64,000 nucleotides of DNA from Paracoccaceae bacterium (GCA_047610385.1 JBLGAC010000008.1:23455-87454), one strand, 5' to 3'. Counted from the stretch's first letter, positions 22,332 through 31,990 are shown. Notes: generated by a model not told the origin, from the letters alone. Program-made: numbers and translations.

Positions 22332-22391
22332 AATCGTGCGACGGACAGGCATTCCACACAGAATCAATCAAGAATACCGCGCCGCGCCAGA

Positions 22392-23450
22392 TCACATCGG
22401 GATCAACGCCCAGATGTCGAGGTCCAGCAGCACGCCCGGCGCATATTTGCCGTCCTCGGTGCGCAAGGGGCCGGGGGCCGGATCGTCCTTGACCGCCACC
22501 AGCCGCAGACGCAGCGCGCCGACACCGGGGGCGGCTGTCTCAGCCTTGTCCAGCACCTCGGACCACGCATAGATCGTGTCGCCTGCAAAACACGGTGCCA
22601 CATGGGCCCCGGCATTGATCGCCGCCACGGTCTGCGCGTTGGCCAGCCCGTTGAAGCTGAGCGCGCGGGCCAGGCTGATGACATGCCCGCCATAGATCAG
22701 GCGCTGGCCGCCGTCGCGCGCCTGTTTGTTGAAATGCACTTTGGCGGTGTTTTGCCAAAGGCGGGTGGCCATCATGTGCTCAGCCTCTTCGATGGTGACG
22801 CCATCCACATGGTCGATCCGTTCCCCCACCGCATAGTCGCCCCAGCGATGTGGCTCCCCAGCGGCGGTGAAATCATAGGTGGTGAAATCGAGGCCTGACC
22901 GGATCGCCAGCTCGCCGGGGTCCACCACGTGGGCAAGATCAGGCACCACAGTTTCGGGCGTGGGCGCGGCGGCGTCGCGTTTCCGGACCATCACCCAGCG
23001 CGCCCAGGTCAGCACCGGCGTGCCGGTCTGGTTTACGGCGGTGGAGCGGACATAAACCACCCCGGTCTTGCCGTTGGAGTTCTGCTTGAGGCCGATGACC
23101 TCCGAGCTGGTCGAGATCGTGTCGCCGGAATAGACGGGCGCAAGGAACCGGCATTCGGCATAGCCAAGGTTCGCCACTGCGTTCAGTGAAATGTCAGGCA
23201 CGGTTTTGCCGAACGCGATGTGGAACGCGGCCAGATCCTCAAGTGGGCTTTTCGGAAGGCCTGACGCCCGCGCGAATTCATCTGACGACCACAGCGCAAA
23301 GCGCGACGGATACAGCGCGCCATACAGCGCCCGGTCCCCGTCAGTCACTGTTCGAGGGGTGGCGTGGGGCAGGATCTGCCCGATCGCAAAATCCTCAAAG
23401 AAATTGCCTGGGTTGGTCTTGGCACCAGAGGCGGTGGAATGATCTGTCAT
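22392..23450 (-). CDS. mch: Double MaoC-like hot-dog dehydratase, probable mesaconyl-CoA hydratase (ethylmalonyl-CoA pathway)
   Basis: KTNPGNFFEDF, GKTVPDISLNAVANLGYA, RLWQNTAKVHF; position upstream of sdhC as in Rhodobacter. Confidence 0.85.
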   Translation of the reverse strand: MTDHSTASGAKTNPGNFFEDFAIGQILPHATPRTVTDGDRALYGALYPSRFALWSSDEFARASGLPKSPLEDLAAFHIAFGKTVPDISLNAVANLGYAECRFLAPVYSGDTISTSSEVIGLKQNSNGKTGVVYVRSTAVNQTGTPVLTWARWVMVRKRDAAAPTPETVVPDLAHVVDPGELAIRSGLDFTTYDFTAAGEPHRWGDYAVGERIDHVDGVTIEEAEHMMATRLWQNTAKVHFNKQARDGGQRLIYGGHVISLARALSFNGLANAQTVAAINAGAHVAPCFAGDTIYAWSEVLDKAETAAPGVGALRLRLVAVKDDPAPGPLRTEDGKYAPGVLLDLDIWALIPM

Positions 23451-23741
23451 GATTGCACCTTGTCGCGAAACTATATTGCGGTGCACCATAGCGGCGTCCG
23501 GCGTGGGCGCAAGCGCTGCGCGGTCACGGGCCACGGGGACAGGTGCGCAACGCCAACCCGCGCCGCTGGACCGGGCGGTGCCAAGCGCGTGGCGGTGATG
23601 GCGGCGCGTCCCTTCGGCGGGGTGCTCTCCCGCCCGTCGACGACCTGGCGGCCGCCTCCCGTTGGGCGGGGCGCCGCGCGCCGGGGGCTGGTAGGGGCGG
23701 CGGGTGAGGCACCCGCGCGGCGAGACATCGGGCGGCGCGCG

Positions 23742-23945
23742 TCAGAGCTGCCCGAGCTTCACCTCAGGCGCATACTCGGCCTCGACCTCCTTGGTCACGG
23801 CTTGGCCGCAGCGCACCACGCCGCGGGCCGCATCGAAGGCCATGGTGGGGGTGCCATACAGCACCCAGCCCTTGCTCAGCGCTTCGGTCACCTTGTGGCA
23901 GAAGGTGGATGTGTCGTCCTCGGTCAGCAGTCGATATGCGATCAT
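23742..23945 (-). CDS. DUF1737 family small protein
   Basis: YRLLTEDDTSTFCHKVTEALSKGWVLYGTP...CGQAVTKE. Confidence 0.85.
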   Translation of the reverse strand: MIAYRLLTEDDTSTFCHKVTEALSKGWVLYGTPTMAFDAARGVVRCGQAVTKEVEAEYAPEVKLGQL

Positions 23946-23950
23946 GGCGG

Positions 23951-24514
23951 TCAGCCCGGAAACGGCGACACGCCGGCCAGCATGTGCAGCCCGACGACGG
24001 CCCCGAACACCACCAGCGTGATGGCCAGAAGAATGAAGTCCTTTTTGCGATGCGCCGGCGCGGGTTTGACCCAAGCCTCCTTGCGGCTGTTGATCAGGAT
24101 GATCGACGCCACAGCCCAAATCAGCATTCCCCCGAACAGAATCGCCGAGGCGAGGTCGCCGTTCACGATAAGGTGCGCAGCCGCCCAGACGATGACCGAC
24201 AGCAGCATCGGATGACGCACATACCGCTTGGCGTTGCCCTTTGAATGCGCCGCGCCAAACAGCGCGATGGCGATCAGCATCAGCAGATTGTTGATATGGA
24301 CCATGAAGCTGGGCGGATACCAGACACCCGTCGCCTCCGCTTGTTGGTAGCCGATCACCATCATCACGACTGAGGCGAGGATCAACACCGCGATCAGCCC
24401 TTTTGACCGCCCTTCGCCAAGCTTGGCGGTCAGCGCAGCGCGCTGTGCAGGCATCGCGGGTTTGAAGAAATGCGCGGCGAACCAGAGCGCGAGCCCGAGG
24501 ATCAGAAGGGTCAT
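23951..24514 (-). CDS. NnrU family membrane protein
   Basis: Hydrophobic; VRHPMLLSVIVWAAAHLIVNGDLASAILFGG. Confidence 0.85.
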   Translation of the reverse strand: MTLLILGLALWFAAHFFKPAMPAQRAALTAKLGEGRSKGLIAVLILASVVMMVIGYQQAEATGVWYPPSFMVHINNLLMLIAIALFGAAHSKGNAKRYVRHPMLLSVIVWAAAHLIVNGDLASAILFGGMLIWAVASIILINSRKEAWVKPAPAHRKKDFILLAITLVVFGAVVGLHMLAGVSPFPG

Positions 24515-24677
24515 GGAGCGGTTCCTTGGCAAAATGGTTTTGGCGACGATAACACCGCCGCCGCTGGGGTCCAGTGACGATACCGCGCCACAAGCGCCGG
24601 GGTCGCACGCGCGACATTTGCAGCGCGCCGCGGGTGCCTCGGTCCCGCGGGTGCAGGGGGTGGGGCGGCGCTTCCCA

Positions 24678-25358
24678 TCAGACGCCCAGCAGGCGGTCGC
24701 GGATCTCAGGCGTCAGGGCGGCGGGCGGCCCGTGCCACGCGGTAGCACCCTTTTCCAATATCGTGCAGCGGTCGGCGATGGCGGTCAGTTCGCGCAGGGT
24801 TTTGTCGACCAGCAGGATCGCCAGGCCTTCAGCCTTCAGCGCCCTTACCGCAGCCCAGATTTCTGCGCGGATCACGGGGGCGAGGCCCTCTGTCGCCTCG
24901 TCCAATATCAACAGCTTGGGGTTGGTCATCAGCGCCCGGCCGATGGCGAGCATCTGCTGCTCTCCGCCCGACAAGGTTGCGGCGGTCTGTTTGCGCCGCT
25001 CAGCAAGGCGCGGGAACAGCGCGTTCACCCGCGCCGCGTCCCACAGGCCGGGGCGGGCGGTGGCGGTCAGGTTTTCCTCAACGCTCAGCGGCCCAAAACA
25101 GCGCCGCCCCTCGGGAACCAGCCCAAGGCCGAGGCGCGCGGCTTTGTAGGCCGGCATCCCGGCCAGATCATGCCCAAGAAACCGGATTGTTCCGGCCCGG
25201 TGCGGCGTCAGGCGGCAGATCGACCGGATGGTGGTGGTTTTGCCCATGCCGTTGCGGCCCATCAGGGCGTGAACTTCGCCTGCCGCGACAGACAACGACA
25301 CGCCGAACAGCGCCTGCGAGGGGCCATAGAAGGTCTCAACGCCCGCAAGCTCCAACAT
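24678..25358 (-). CDS. ABC transporter ATP-binding protein (LivF-like)
   Basis: GRNGMGKT, LSGGEQQ, LILDEATEGLAP. Confidence 0.93.
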   Translation of the reverse strand: MLELAGVETFYGPSQALFGVSLSVAAGEVHALMGRNGMGKTTTIRSICRLTPHRAGTIRFLGHDLAGMPAYKAARLGLGLVPEGRRCFGPLSVEENLTATARPGLWDAARVNALFPRLAERRKQTAATLSGGEQQMLAIGRALMTNPKLLILDEATEGLAPVIRAEIWAAVRALKAEGLAILLVDKTLRELTAIADRCTILEKGATAWHGPPAALTPEIRDRLLGV

Positions 25359-26101
25359 CAGTCATCCCCCAGATAGGCGGCACGCACGCCTGCATCTGCG
25401 CGGATCGCGGCACCGCCCCCGTGCGCGATCACCCGGCCCGCGACCAGCACGGAGATGCGGTCCGCCAGCCGGAACACCGCGTCCATGTCATGCTCCACCA
25501 GCAGAATCGGGACCTCATGCTTCAGGGCCTCCAGCAATTGGGTCAGTTCGGCTGATCCTTCGGGGCCAAGACCGGCCATCGGTTCGTCCAGCAGCAGCGC
25601 CTTGGGGGCGCCGGCCAGCGCGCACGCGACCTCAAGCCGGCGGCGTTCGCCGTGGGACAGTTCGGCCACCGGCAGGTCGGCGCGCGCCGACAGGCCAACA
25701 CGGGCCAGGGCTGCGTCGGCGGCGCCTCGTACCGCCGCATCCATGCGGATCGGGCGCAGAAACCCCCACGCCCCCCCGCGCGGCGCCATTGCGGCCAGCA
25801 TTGCGTTGCGCCTTGCGGACAAGGGCATCGCCAAGGACGACACCTGAAAGCTGCGCCCCAGCCCCAGCCTTGCGCGGGCGGCGACCGGCAGCGCGGTCAC
25901 GTCGTGGCCCATCAGGTGGATGGTGCCAGCATCAGGTGCGATCCACCCGGCGATCTGGCCGATCAGCGTGGATTTCCCGGCGCCATTGGGGCCGATCAGG
26001 GCGTGGATTTCGCCCGGTCTCAGGTCAAGCGACACGTCGTCAGTGGCCACCAGGCCGCCAAAGGATTTGCACAAACCTGCGACCGACAGCACCTCAGTCA
26101 T
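25358..26101 (-). CDS. ABC transporter ATP-binding protein (LivG-like)
   Basis: GPNGAGKS, LSHGERRRLE, LLLDEP, VEHDMD. Confidence 0.93.
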   Translation of the reverse strand: MTEVLSVAGLCKSFGGLVATDDVSLDLRPGEIHALIGPNGAGKSTLIGQIAGWIAPDAGTIHLMGHDVTALPVAARARLGLGRSFQVSSLAMPLSARRNAMLAAMAPRGGAWGFLRPIRMDAAVRGAADAALARVGLSARADLPVAELSHGERRRLEVACALAGAPKALLLDEPMAGLGPEGSAELTQLLEALKHEVPILLVEHDMDAVFRLADRISVLVAGRVIAHGGGAAIRADAGVRAAYLGDD

Positions 26102-27071
26102 GGCGGGGCTTTCCGGCCAGCGCGCCCATGATCCCGCCGCGCGCGAACAGCACCACCAGCAGCAGCACGACCCCCAACGCCAATTGCCAGCGCGCGGTGT
26201 AGCCGCCGACGATCACCTCCATGCCGATGAACACTGCGGCGCCTGCGATCGGCCCGCACAGGCGCCCGATGCCGCCCAGGATCACCAGCACGATCAATTC
26301 GCCGGACATATGCCACGACATGGCGTTCGGCCCGATGAACCCGTTCAGATCTGCCAGCAGCGCCCCCGCCAGCCCGGTGATCGCCGCGGACAGCGCAAAA
26401 CCGGTCAGCTTCACGGGATACGGCGCGATGCCTGATGTGGCCAGGCGGACCTCGTTCAACCGCGCCATGGTCAGGGCTGCGCCAAAGCGGGCGCGCATCA
26501 TCACATGGGTCAGCGCCAGCGTTGCCAGCAGGGCGCCGAAGGCCAGCGCAAAAAAGCTCAGGGGATCATAGGTATCAAGGCCCGGGAATTCATTGCGCAC
26601 ATAGATCGGCAAGCCGTCCTCGCCGCCATAAGCAGGCCAGGATATGGCGAAATAATAGATCATCTGCGCAAAGGCCAAGGTGATCATGATGAAATAGACG
26701 CCTGAGGTCCGCAGGCTGAGCGCCCCGATCCCCAGCGCGACACCCGCCGACACCGCCATCGCCGCCAGCCAGATCATGGGCATGGAGGTCGTGCCCTCAA
26801 TCACCAGCGGCCAGGTCATGATCGGGTCGTCATTCATCGCGTGGGTGGCGGCGATGCCCGCGCAATAGCCGCCGATGCCGAAGAACGCGGCGTGGCCGAA
26901 ACTGACCATCCCGCCATGGCCGATGGCGATGTTCAGCCCCGCGCCCGCCAGCGCAAGGATCGCCACGCGCGATGCCATGTTGACCCAATAGGGCTGATCC
27001 ACCCCGTCGGCCCAAAGCGCCGCGCCCAGCAGCGCGCCCAGCAGCGCGATATTCACGATCCATTCGCGCAT
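26094..27071 (-). CDS. ABC transporter permease (LivM-like)
   Basis: GMVSFGHAAFFGIGGY, GVYFIMITLAFAQM, GGEDG, VILGGIG. Confidence 0.92.
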   Translation of the reverse strand: MREWIVNIALLGALLGAALWADGVDQPYWVNMASRVAILALAGAGLNIAIGHGGMVSFGHAAFFGIGGYCAGIAATHAMNDDPIMTWPLVIEGTTSMPMIWLAAMAVSAGVALGIGALSLRTSGVYFIMITLAFAQMIYYFAISWPAYGGEDGLPIYVRNEFPGLDTYDPLSFFALAFGALLATLALTHVMMRARFGAALTMARLNEVRLATSGIAPYPVKLTGFALSAAITGLAGALLADLNGFIGPNAMSWHMSGELIVLVILGGIGRLCGPIAGAAVFIGMEVIVGGYTARWQLALGVVLLLVVLFARGGIMGALAGKPRHD

Positions 27072-27991
27072 CAGCCGCCCGCCGGAAACAGGCCGGAGGG
27101 GCGGAACACCAGCACCCCGGCCATGATTACATAGATCAGCATCGACGCCAGCGCGCCGCCCACCGATGCCGCATCCGCCGCGGGCATGAACGCTGCGAAC
27201 CCCATCGGCAGCAGCACTCGGCCCATCGTATCCGCAACCCCGACGATCAGCGCGCCGACCATGGCCCCGCGGATCGACCCGATGCCGCCGATCACGATGA
27301 CCACGAAGGCAAGGATCAGCACCGGTTCCCCCATCCCGACCTGCACCGATTGCAGCGCGCCGACCATCGCGCCCGCGAACCCCGCCAGCCCGGCGCCAAG
27401 CGCGAAGACCGCCGTATAAAGCACCGCAATGTTAACGCCGAGCGCGCCGATCATTTCGCGGTCCGCCTCTCCCGCCCGGATGCGCATGCCAAGCCGGGTG
27501 CGCGAAATCAGCAGCCACAGCAGAACCGCCGCCCCCAGACCCGCGATGATGATCGCCAGTCGATAAATCGGGTACGCTGCGCCGCCGGGCAGATGCACCG
27601 CGCCGGACAGGATTTCAGGCGGGTCCAGCCACAGGGGCCGCCCGCCAAATATCGCCAATGCACCTTCGGAGAAAATCAGGATCAGCGCGAATGTCGCCAG
27701 CACCTGATCCAGATGATCGCGGTCATAAAGCCGCCGGATCACCAGAATTTCGACCAAGGCGCCGACGGCCGCCGCGGCCAGTGTGCCAGCCGCCAGCCCG
27801 ACCCAGAAATTGCCGGTTTGCGCCGCCACCCACGCGCACACAAAAGCGCCGGACATGAACAGCGCGCCATGGGCAAGGTTGATCAGCCCCATCACGCCAA
27901 AGACCAGCGTCAGGCCCGCGGCGGTCAGGAACAGCATCACGCCCAGCTGCACGCCGTTCAAAAGTTGTTCGAGGATCAGCGCCGCGCTCAT
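27071..27991 (-). CDS. ABC transporter permease (LivH-like)
   Basis: GLTLVFGVMGLINLAHG, RTRLGMRIRA, AFVVIVIGGIGSIRGA. Confidence 0.92.
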   Translation of the reverse strand: MSAALILEQLLNGVQLGVMLFLTAAGLTLVFGVMGLINLAHGALFMSGAFVCAWVAAQTGNFWVGLAAGTLAAAAVGALVEILVIRRLYDRDHLDQVLATFALILIFSEGALAIFGGRPLWLDPPEILSGAVHLPGGAAYPIYRLAIIIAGLGAAVLLWLLISRTRLGMRIRAGEADREMIGALGVNIAVLYTAVFALGAGLAGFAGAMVGALQSVQVGMGEPVLILAFVVIVIGGIGSIRGAMVGALIVGVADTMGRVLLPMGFAAFMPAADAASVGGALASMLIYVIMAGVLVFRPSGLFPAGG

Positions 27992-28326
27992 GTCTTGGGT
28001 GGGTCCCCGCGTGTGGTCTTTGCGCCTCGGCGTCACGGGCCGGGCGCGCAAGCTGTCCCCGCAGATACGCACCCGCGGGCGGCGCGTCCACCGGGCAGCG
28101 CGGATTTACGCGTTCGCCCGGTCAGGCGGACCTGTTCGCCGCTTCAGCGCCGCAGACATCTCATGCCTTGGTGCCGATCAGGGCGATGACCGTCAGGGAG
28201 GCGCGGACACCATGGCGCTGGTCGTGTTTCCTGATCCCGTCCCAAGTCTGGGGCGACATGTTTGATGCAGCCCGCGGCCATGGGGTGCTTGGTATTTCAT
28301 CTGGCCCAATCGAAAATCTGCAAATG

Positions 28327-28350
28327 GCCGCCCCTTGGCATTGGGGCGGC
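28327..28350 (-). terminator. Hairpin downstream of the solute-binding protein gene
   Basis: GCCGCCCC-8nt-GGGGCGGC; may stabilise or terminate the SBP transcript. Confidence 0.5.
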
Positions 28351-28387
28351 AATCTTCATTATCTGCCGCGTCTCAGGTTCGCAGCGA

Positions 28388-29524
28388 TTACATCACGCAG
28401 TCGGCGGCATACACGTCTGAGTGGTTTTCAATGGCAATGCCGACCAGTTTGTTGGTGGGTTTTCCGTCAGGCCCTGCAACAACTTCGCGCACATAGATGT
28501 TTTGGATCGGGTGGTGGTTCGACCCGAACTTGAACGACCCGCGGACAGACGCGAAATCGGCCGCTTTGAGGGCGGCGCGGAAAGCGTCCTGGTCAGACGG
28601 TTTTGCTTTGGCCAGAGCCGAAAGGATCAGGCGCGCCGTCTCATATCCCTGGGCTGCATAAAGGGTCGGTGTGCGGCCATAGGCAGCGCGGAAACCCGCA
28701 ACGAATTCGATATTCGCGGGGAAATCAAGGTCATAGGCCCATTCTGAGGTGTTCTGGGTGCCGATCGCCGCGTCGCCGACGGCACCCAGAATGATCTCAT
28801 CGAATGAAAAGGCCGGGCCAAAGACGGGAATGTCGACCTCTGCGGCCGCGTATTGCTTCATGAATGAAATTCCCATGCCGCCCGGCAGGAAGAAAAACAC
28901 TGAATCGGCGCCTGATGCGCGGATCTGCGCGATTTCGGCGGCATAGTCGGTCTGGCCGAGCTTGGTATAAATCTCTCCGGCTACGGTGTCGCCGAACAGG
29001 CGCTTGAACCCGGTCAGCGCGTCTTTGCCCGCAGGATAGTTCGGCGCGAGCACGAAGGGCGCCTTGAACCCGGCGTCTTTCATGTAGCCGCCCATCGCCT
29101 CATGCAGATTGTCGTTCTGCCATGCGGCGTTGAAGTAATTCTTGTGGCATCCCTTGCCCGCCAGCGCCGACGGACCGGCGTTCGGCGAGATATAGAACAC
29201 CCCCTGCCGCACCGCGCCAGGCACCACGGCCATGGCGAGGTTGGACCAGATGATGCCGGTCAGGATGTCGACCTTCTCGCGCTGGATCATCTCATCAGCC
29301 AGCGATTTGGCGACGTCGGGTTTGCGCACGTCATCGCGGATGATGAGCGTGACATCCGAAGCGTTCGCCTGCTTCAGCGCCAGTTCAAACCCATCGCGCA
29401 CGTCGATGCCGAGATGCGCACCCCCGCCCGAAAGCGTGGTGATCATGCCGATTTTCACTTCGGCGGTGGCGGCCTGAGCTGCGCAAAGCGCGGCGATGGC
29501 GGCGGCGAGAATGGTCTTTTTCAT
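28388..29524 (-). CDS. ABC solute-binding protein (LivK-fold type I PBP), resembling aromatic-acid-binding members
   Basis: Signal peptide ending AATA; TGIIWSNLAMAV, SPNAGPSALAG, AWQNDNLHEAMG. Confidence 0.88.
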   Translation of the reverse strand: MKKTILAAAIAALCAAQAATAEVKIGMITTLSGGGAHLGIDVRDGFELALKQANASDVTLIIRDDVRKPDVAKSLADEMIQREKVDILTGIIWSNLAMAVVPGAVRQGVFYISPNAGPSALAGKGCHKNYFNAAWQNDNLHEAMGGYMKDAGFKAPFVLAPNYPAGKDALTGFKRLFGDTVAGEIYTKLGQTDYAAEIAQIRASGADSVFFFLPGGMGISFMKQYAAAEVDIPVFGPAFSFDEIILGAVGDAAIGTQNTSEWAYDLDFPANIEFVAGFRAAYGRTPTLYAAQGYETARLILSALAKAKPSDQDAFRAALKAADFASVRGSFKFGSNHHPIQNIYVREVVAGPDGKPTNKLVGIAIENHSDVYAADCVM

Positions 29525-29739
29525 GTGGTCCGGCCCCTGTTCCCTGTCGTTCCGCGCAAAGGATGCAACGGATGAGCCGTCGGGGGAAGGGGGCAGGTTC
29601 AGGTTGGTTGGCGTGTGCTTGCGTGGTTTGGTTTGCAAGGCGTGGTCAGGTCGAAGGTGAAGGTGCTTGAGGATCATTGAAGCTGTATCAAATTGTGTAG
29701 CTAAAGAATTTTCAGATGAGGTATCTTCCCCTAATTATC

Positions 29740-29753
29740 TCATAAATTTATGA
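29740..29753. promoter_or_regulatory. Perfect 14-bp palindrome TCATAAATTTATGA in the AT-rich ABC operon promoter region
   Basis: Seen directly, within an AT-rich patch at about 29680-29815. Confidence 0.6.
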
Positions 29754-29853
29754 AAAGATCATCGCAGAAAAAGCAGTTTTTATTTATTACCTAAAATCAA
29801 TGCGTGATCTGATGCGCTGAACAGCCCCAAAGCGCCGCCCAGCGCATCCAAGC

Positions 29854-30738
29854 TCAGCCCAGATCGGCCTCCAACGCGCTGATCGCTGCGGCAAGCGCCA
29901 GCTGACGGTTCGCGGTCTCCACATGCAGGTTTTCGACGATCTTGCCGTCGACCACGGCGACCGCCTCACCTTTGGCGCGTGTGTCTTCGAACGCCGCCAC
30001 CTGACGCGCGGCCAGATCCAGATCGGCGGCGGATGGCGCAAAGACCTCGTTGGTCACGGCAAGCTGCAGGGGGTGGATCAGCGTCTTGCCGTCGAAGCCC
30101 ATCGCCAGACCTTGCTCACATGATGTGCGCAGCCCCGCGTCGTCCTTGTAGGCGTTGTAGACCCCGTCAATGCACGCCAGCCCATAGGCTTTGGCCGCAA
30201 GCAGGCAGATGCCCAGCGACGTGATCACTGGCTGGCGGTCGTCGGTGTGGCGGGCGTTCAGGTCTTTGACCAGATCATTGGTGCCCAGGATGAAGCAGGT
30301 CAGCCGCGGCGACTGCGCGATCGCCTGCGCGTTCAGGATGCCGAGCGGCGTTTCCATCATCGCCCAGATTGCGGTGCGTGCGGGGGCACCGGCCTCGTCC
30401 ATGATTGCGGCGACGGCGGCGATGTCTGCGGGTGAATTGACCTTGGGGATCAAGATTGCGTCAGGGCCCGCGGCGGCGGCGGCACGCACGTCCGCATCGC
30501 CCCAAAGGGTGTCGAGGCCGTTGACGCGGATGATCACCTCACGCTTGCCGAACGCCTTGGCGCGCACTTTCGCGGCGACCAGATCGCGGGCGAGGTCCTT
30601 TTCAGTCGGGCCAACCGCATCCTCAAGATCAAGGATCAGCGCGTCGGCGGGCAGGCCAGCGGCCTTTTCCAGCGCGCGCGTCTTGGCGCCCGGCATGTAA
30701 AGAACGGAACGGCGCGGACGGACGGGGGCGTCGGACAT
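29854..30738 (-). CDS. mcl2: HpcH/CitE-family CoA ester lyase, probable (3S)-malyl-CoA thioesterase Mcl2
   Basis: RRSVLYMPG...ALEKA...LILDLEDAV, AMMETP, LGTNDL, GFDGKTLIHP; synteny with nnrU-DUF1737-mch-sdh. Confidence 0.75.
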   Translation of the reverse strand: MSDAPVRPRRSVLYMPGAKTRALEKAAGLPADALILDLEDAVGPTEKDLARDLVAAKVRAKAFGKREVIIRVNGLDTLWGDADVRAAAAAGPDAILIPKVNSPADIAAVAAIMDEAGAPARTAIWAMMETPLGILNAQAIAQSPRLTCFILGTNDLVKDLNARHTDDRQPVITSLGICLLAAKAYGLACIDGVYNAYKDDAGLRTSCEQGLAMGFDGKTLIHPLQLAVTNEVFAPSAADLDLAARQVAAFEDTRAKGEAVAVVDGKIVENLHVETANRQLALAAAISALEADLG

Positions 30739-31099
30739 GAAGGACCTTTCGGGCAAGCGTTGACCGGGCAGGGCGTAGCGGAGTTTTCGCACCTGCGCAA
30801 GAAAATGTCGTGGCACATCATCGCAGCGATGCATCCTGTCGACGCCGCGTTGCGCGAGGTAACCAAATGCTAACCGAAATGCGCGATGGTCCCGTTATGG
30901 CCGCACGGCGTCTGAGGATCGGGGACCCCCCGAGTTTCGGCGCATCACGTCGGCGGCGCGGGGCAATGCAGGGCCCCCGCCCAAATGACGGCGCGCGGAT
31001 GAAGCAGTCCTTGAAACTCGCACCGGCGCTGATCGCGCTGTGGGCGCACGGGATCTTCCGTCGCCCCGGCCCGGCCGCCCGGAATCGGGAGCGTACGAA

Positions 31100-31714
31100 A
31101 TGCCGTCAATCTTCTCCTCCGCCTTCCAGGGCTTCGCCTCGTTGTTCTCGGGCCAACCTGCCGTCACGCCCATTCCCCGTCCCGCATCGGCAGCGCCGTT
31201 GGGGCAGGTTGCTGGCCCTGATACCTTTTCCGAAGGCATGGCGGGCATCGCGACAGGCCCGGTGACGCAGGTTCCCACCGCGCTGGCGCAGGCCGGGCCG
31301 AAGCCTTCATGGATCAAGATCGCGCTCGCGGTTCTGGATGTGGCACTGACCCGGCCGGGGCAGGACCGCCGCCGCGATGCGGTGAAGCGTGCCGTCCGCG
31401 GTCTTGGCGCCGGCGCGGTTGTGCTGGGCGTTCTGGCCGCCGGGACCGCGCCCCAACCGGTCGCCGCCGCATCGACTGGCGTTTGTGGGGAACGTGCGAA
31501 AATCGTCGATCGCCTGCAGTCAAAATATGGCGAAAGCCGCCAGGGCATTGGCATTGCTCAGGGCCAGCGCGTGGTCGAAATTTGGGCGTCTGAGGACAGC
31601 GGCAGCTGGACGATTGTGATCACGTTGCCGGATGGGTCGAGCTGCCTGATGGCTGCTGGCGAAGATTGGGAACCGCTGAAAAAGCCGACCCCCGTGGCCG
31701 GCCGCGGCGCCTGA
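31100..31714 (+). CDS. Conserved hypothetical exported protein with an N-terminal extension
   Basis: C-terminal CGERAKIVDRLQSKYGE...VEIWASEDSGSWTIVITLPDGSSCLMAAGEDWE is a recurring alphaproteobacterial domain (from memory); GGGAG RBS. Confidence 0.7.
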   Translation: MPSIFSSAFQGFASLFSGQPAVTPIPRPASAAPLGQVAGPDTFSEGMAGIATGPVTQVPTALAQAGPKPSWIKIALAVLDVALTRPGQDRRRDAVKRAVRGLGAGAVVLGVLAAGTAPQPVAAASTGVCGERAKIVDRLQSKYGESRQGIGIAQGQRVVEIWASEDSGSWTIVITLPDGSSCLMAAGEDWEPLKKPTPVAGRGA

Positions 31715-31990
31715 TCCAGCGCCCCTTCGGAGATGCCGCGCACCCACCGCCACCTGCGCCCGCCTGCCGCCCGCGCCGACGGGTGCAGGCCGCCGCGGGT
31801 GCGCGGTCGGGCCCCTTGGGGCGGCAGGTGCGGCGGCCCCCTCGCCGTGTCTTGTATCTATTCGAATACGCCGCTTTGCCTTCGCATGCTTTGCCGCTAG
31901 GCTCCACGATCGCAGAACGCATCGATGCGCGCGCATCCAGGCGGGACCAAAGCTGGCGGCACAAGCCGGCTCGCGGCTTGGGGGGAAAGC

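Noticed and set aside
28161-28352. Small ORF between livH and the binding-protein gene, ending HGVRASLTVIALIG
   Set aside because: Possibly a gene remnant, but no RBS or convincing motif, and it overlaps the hairpin.
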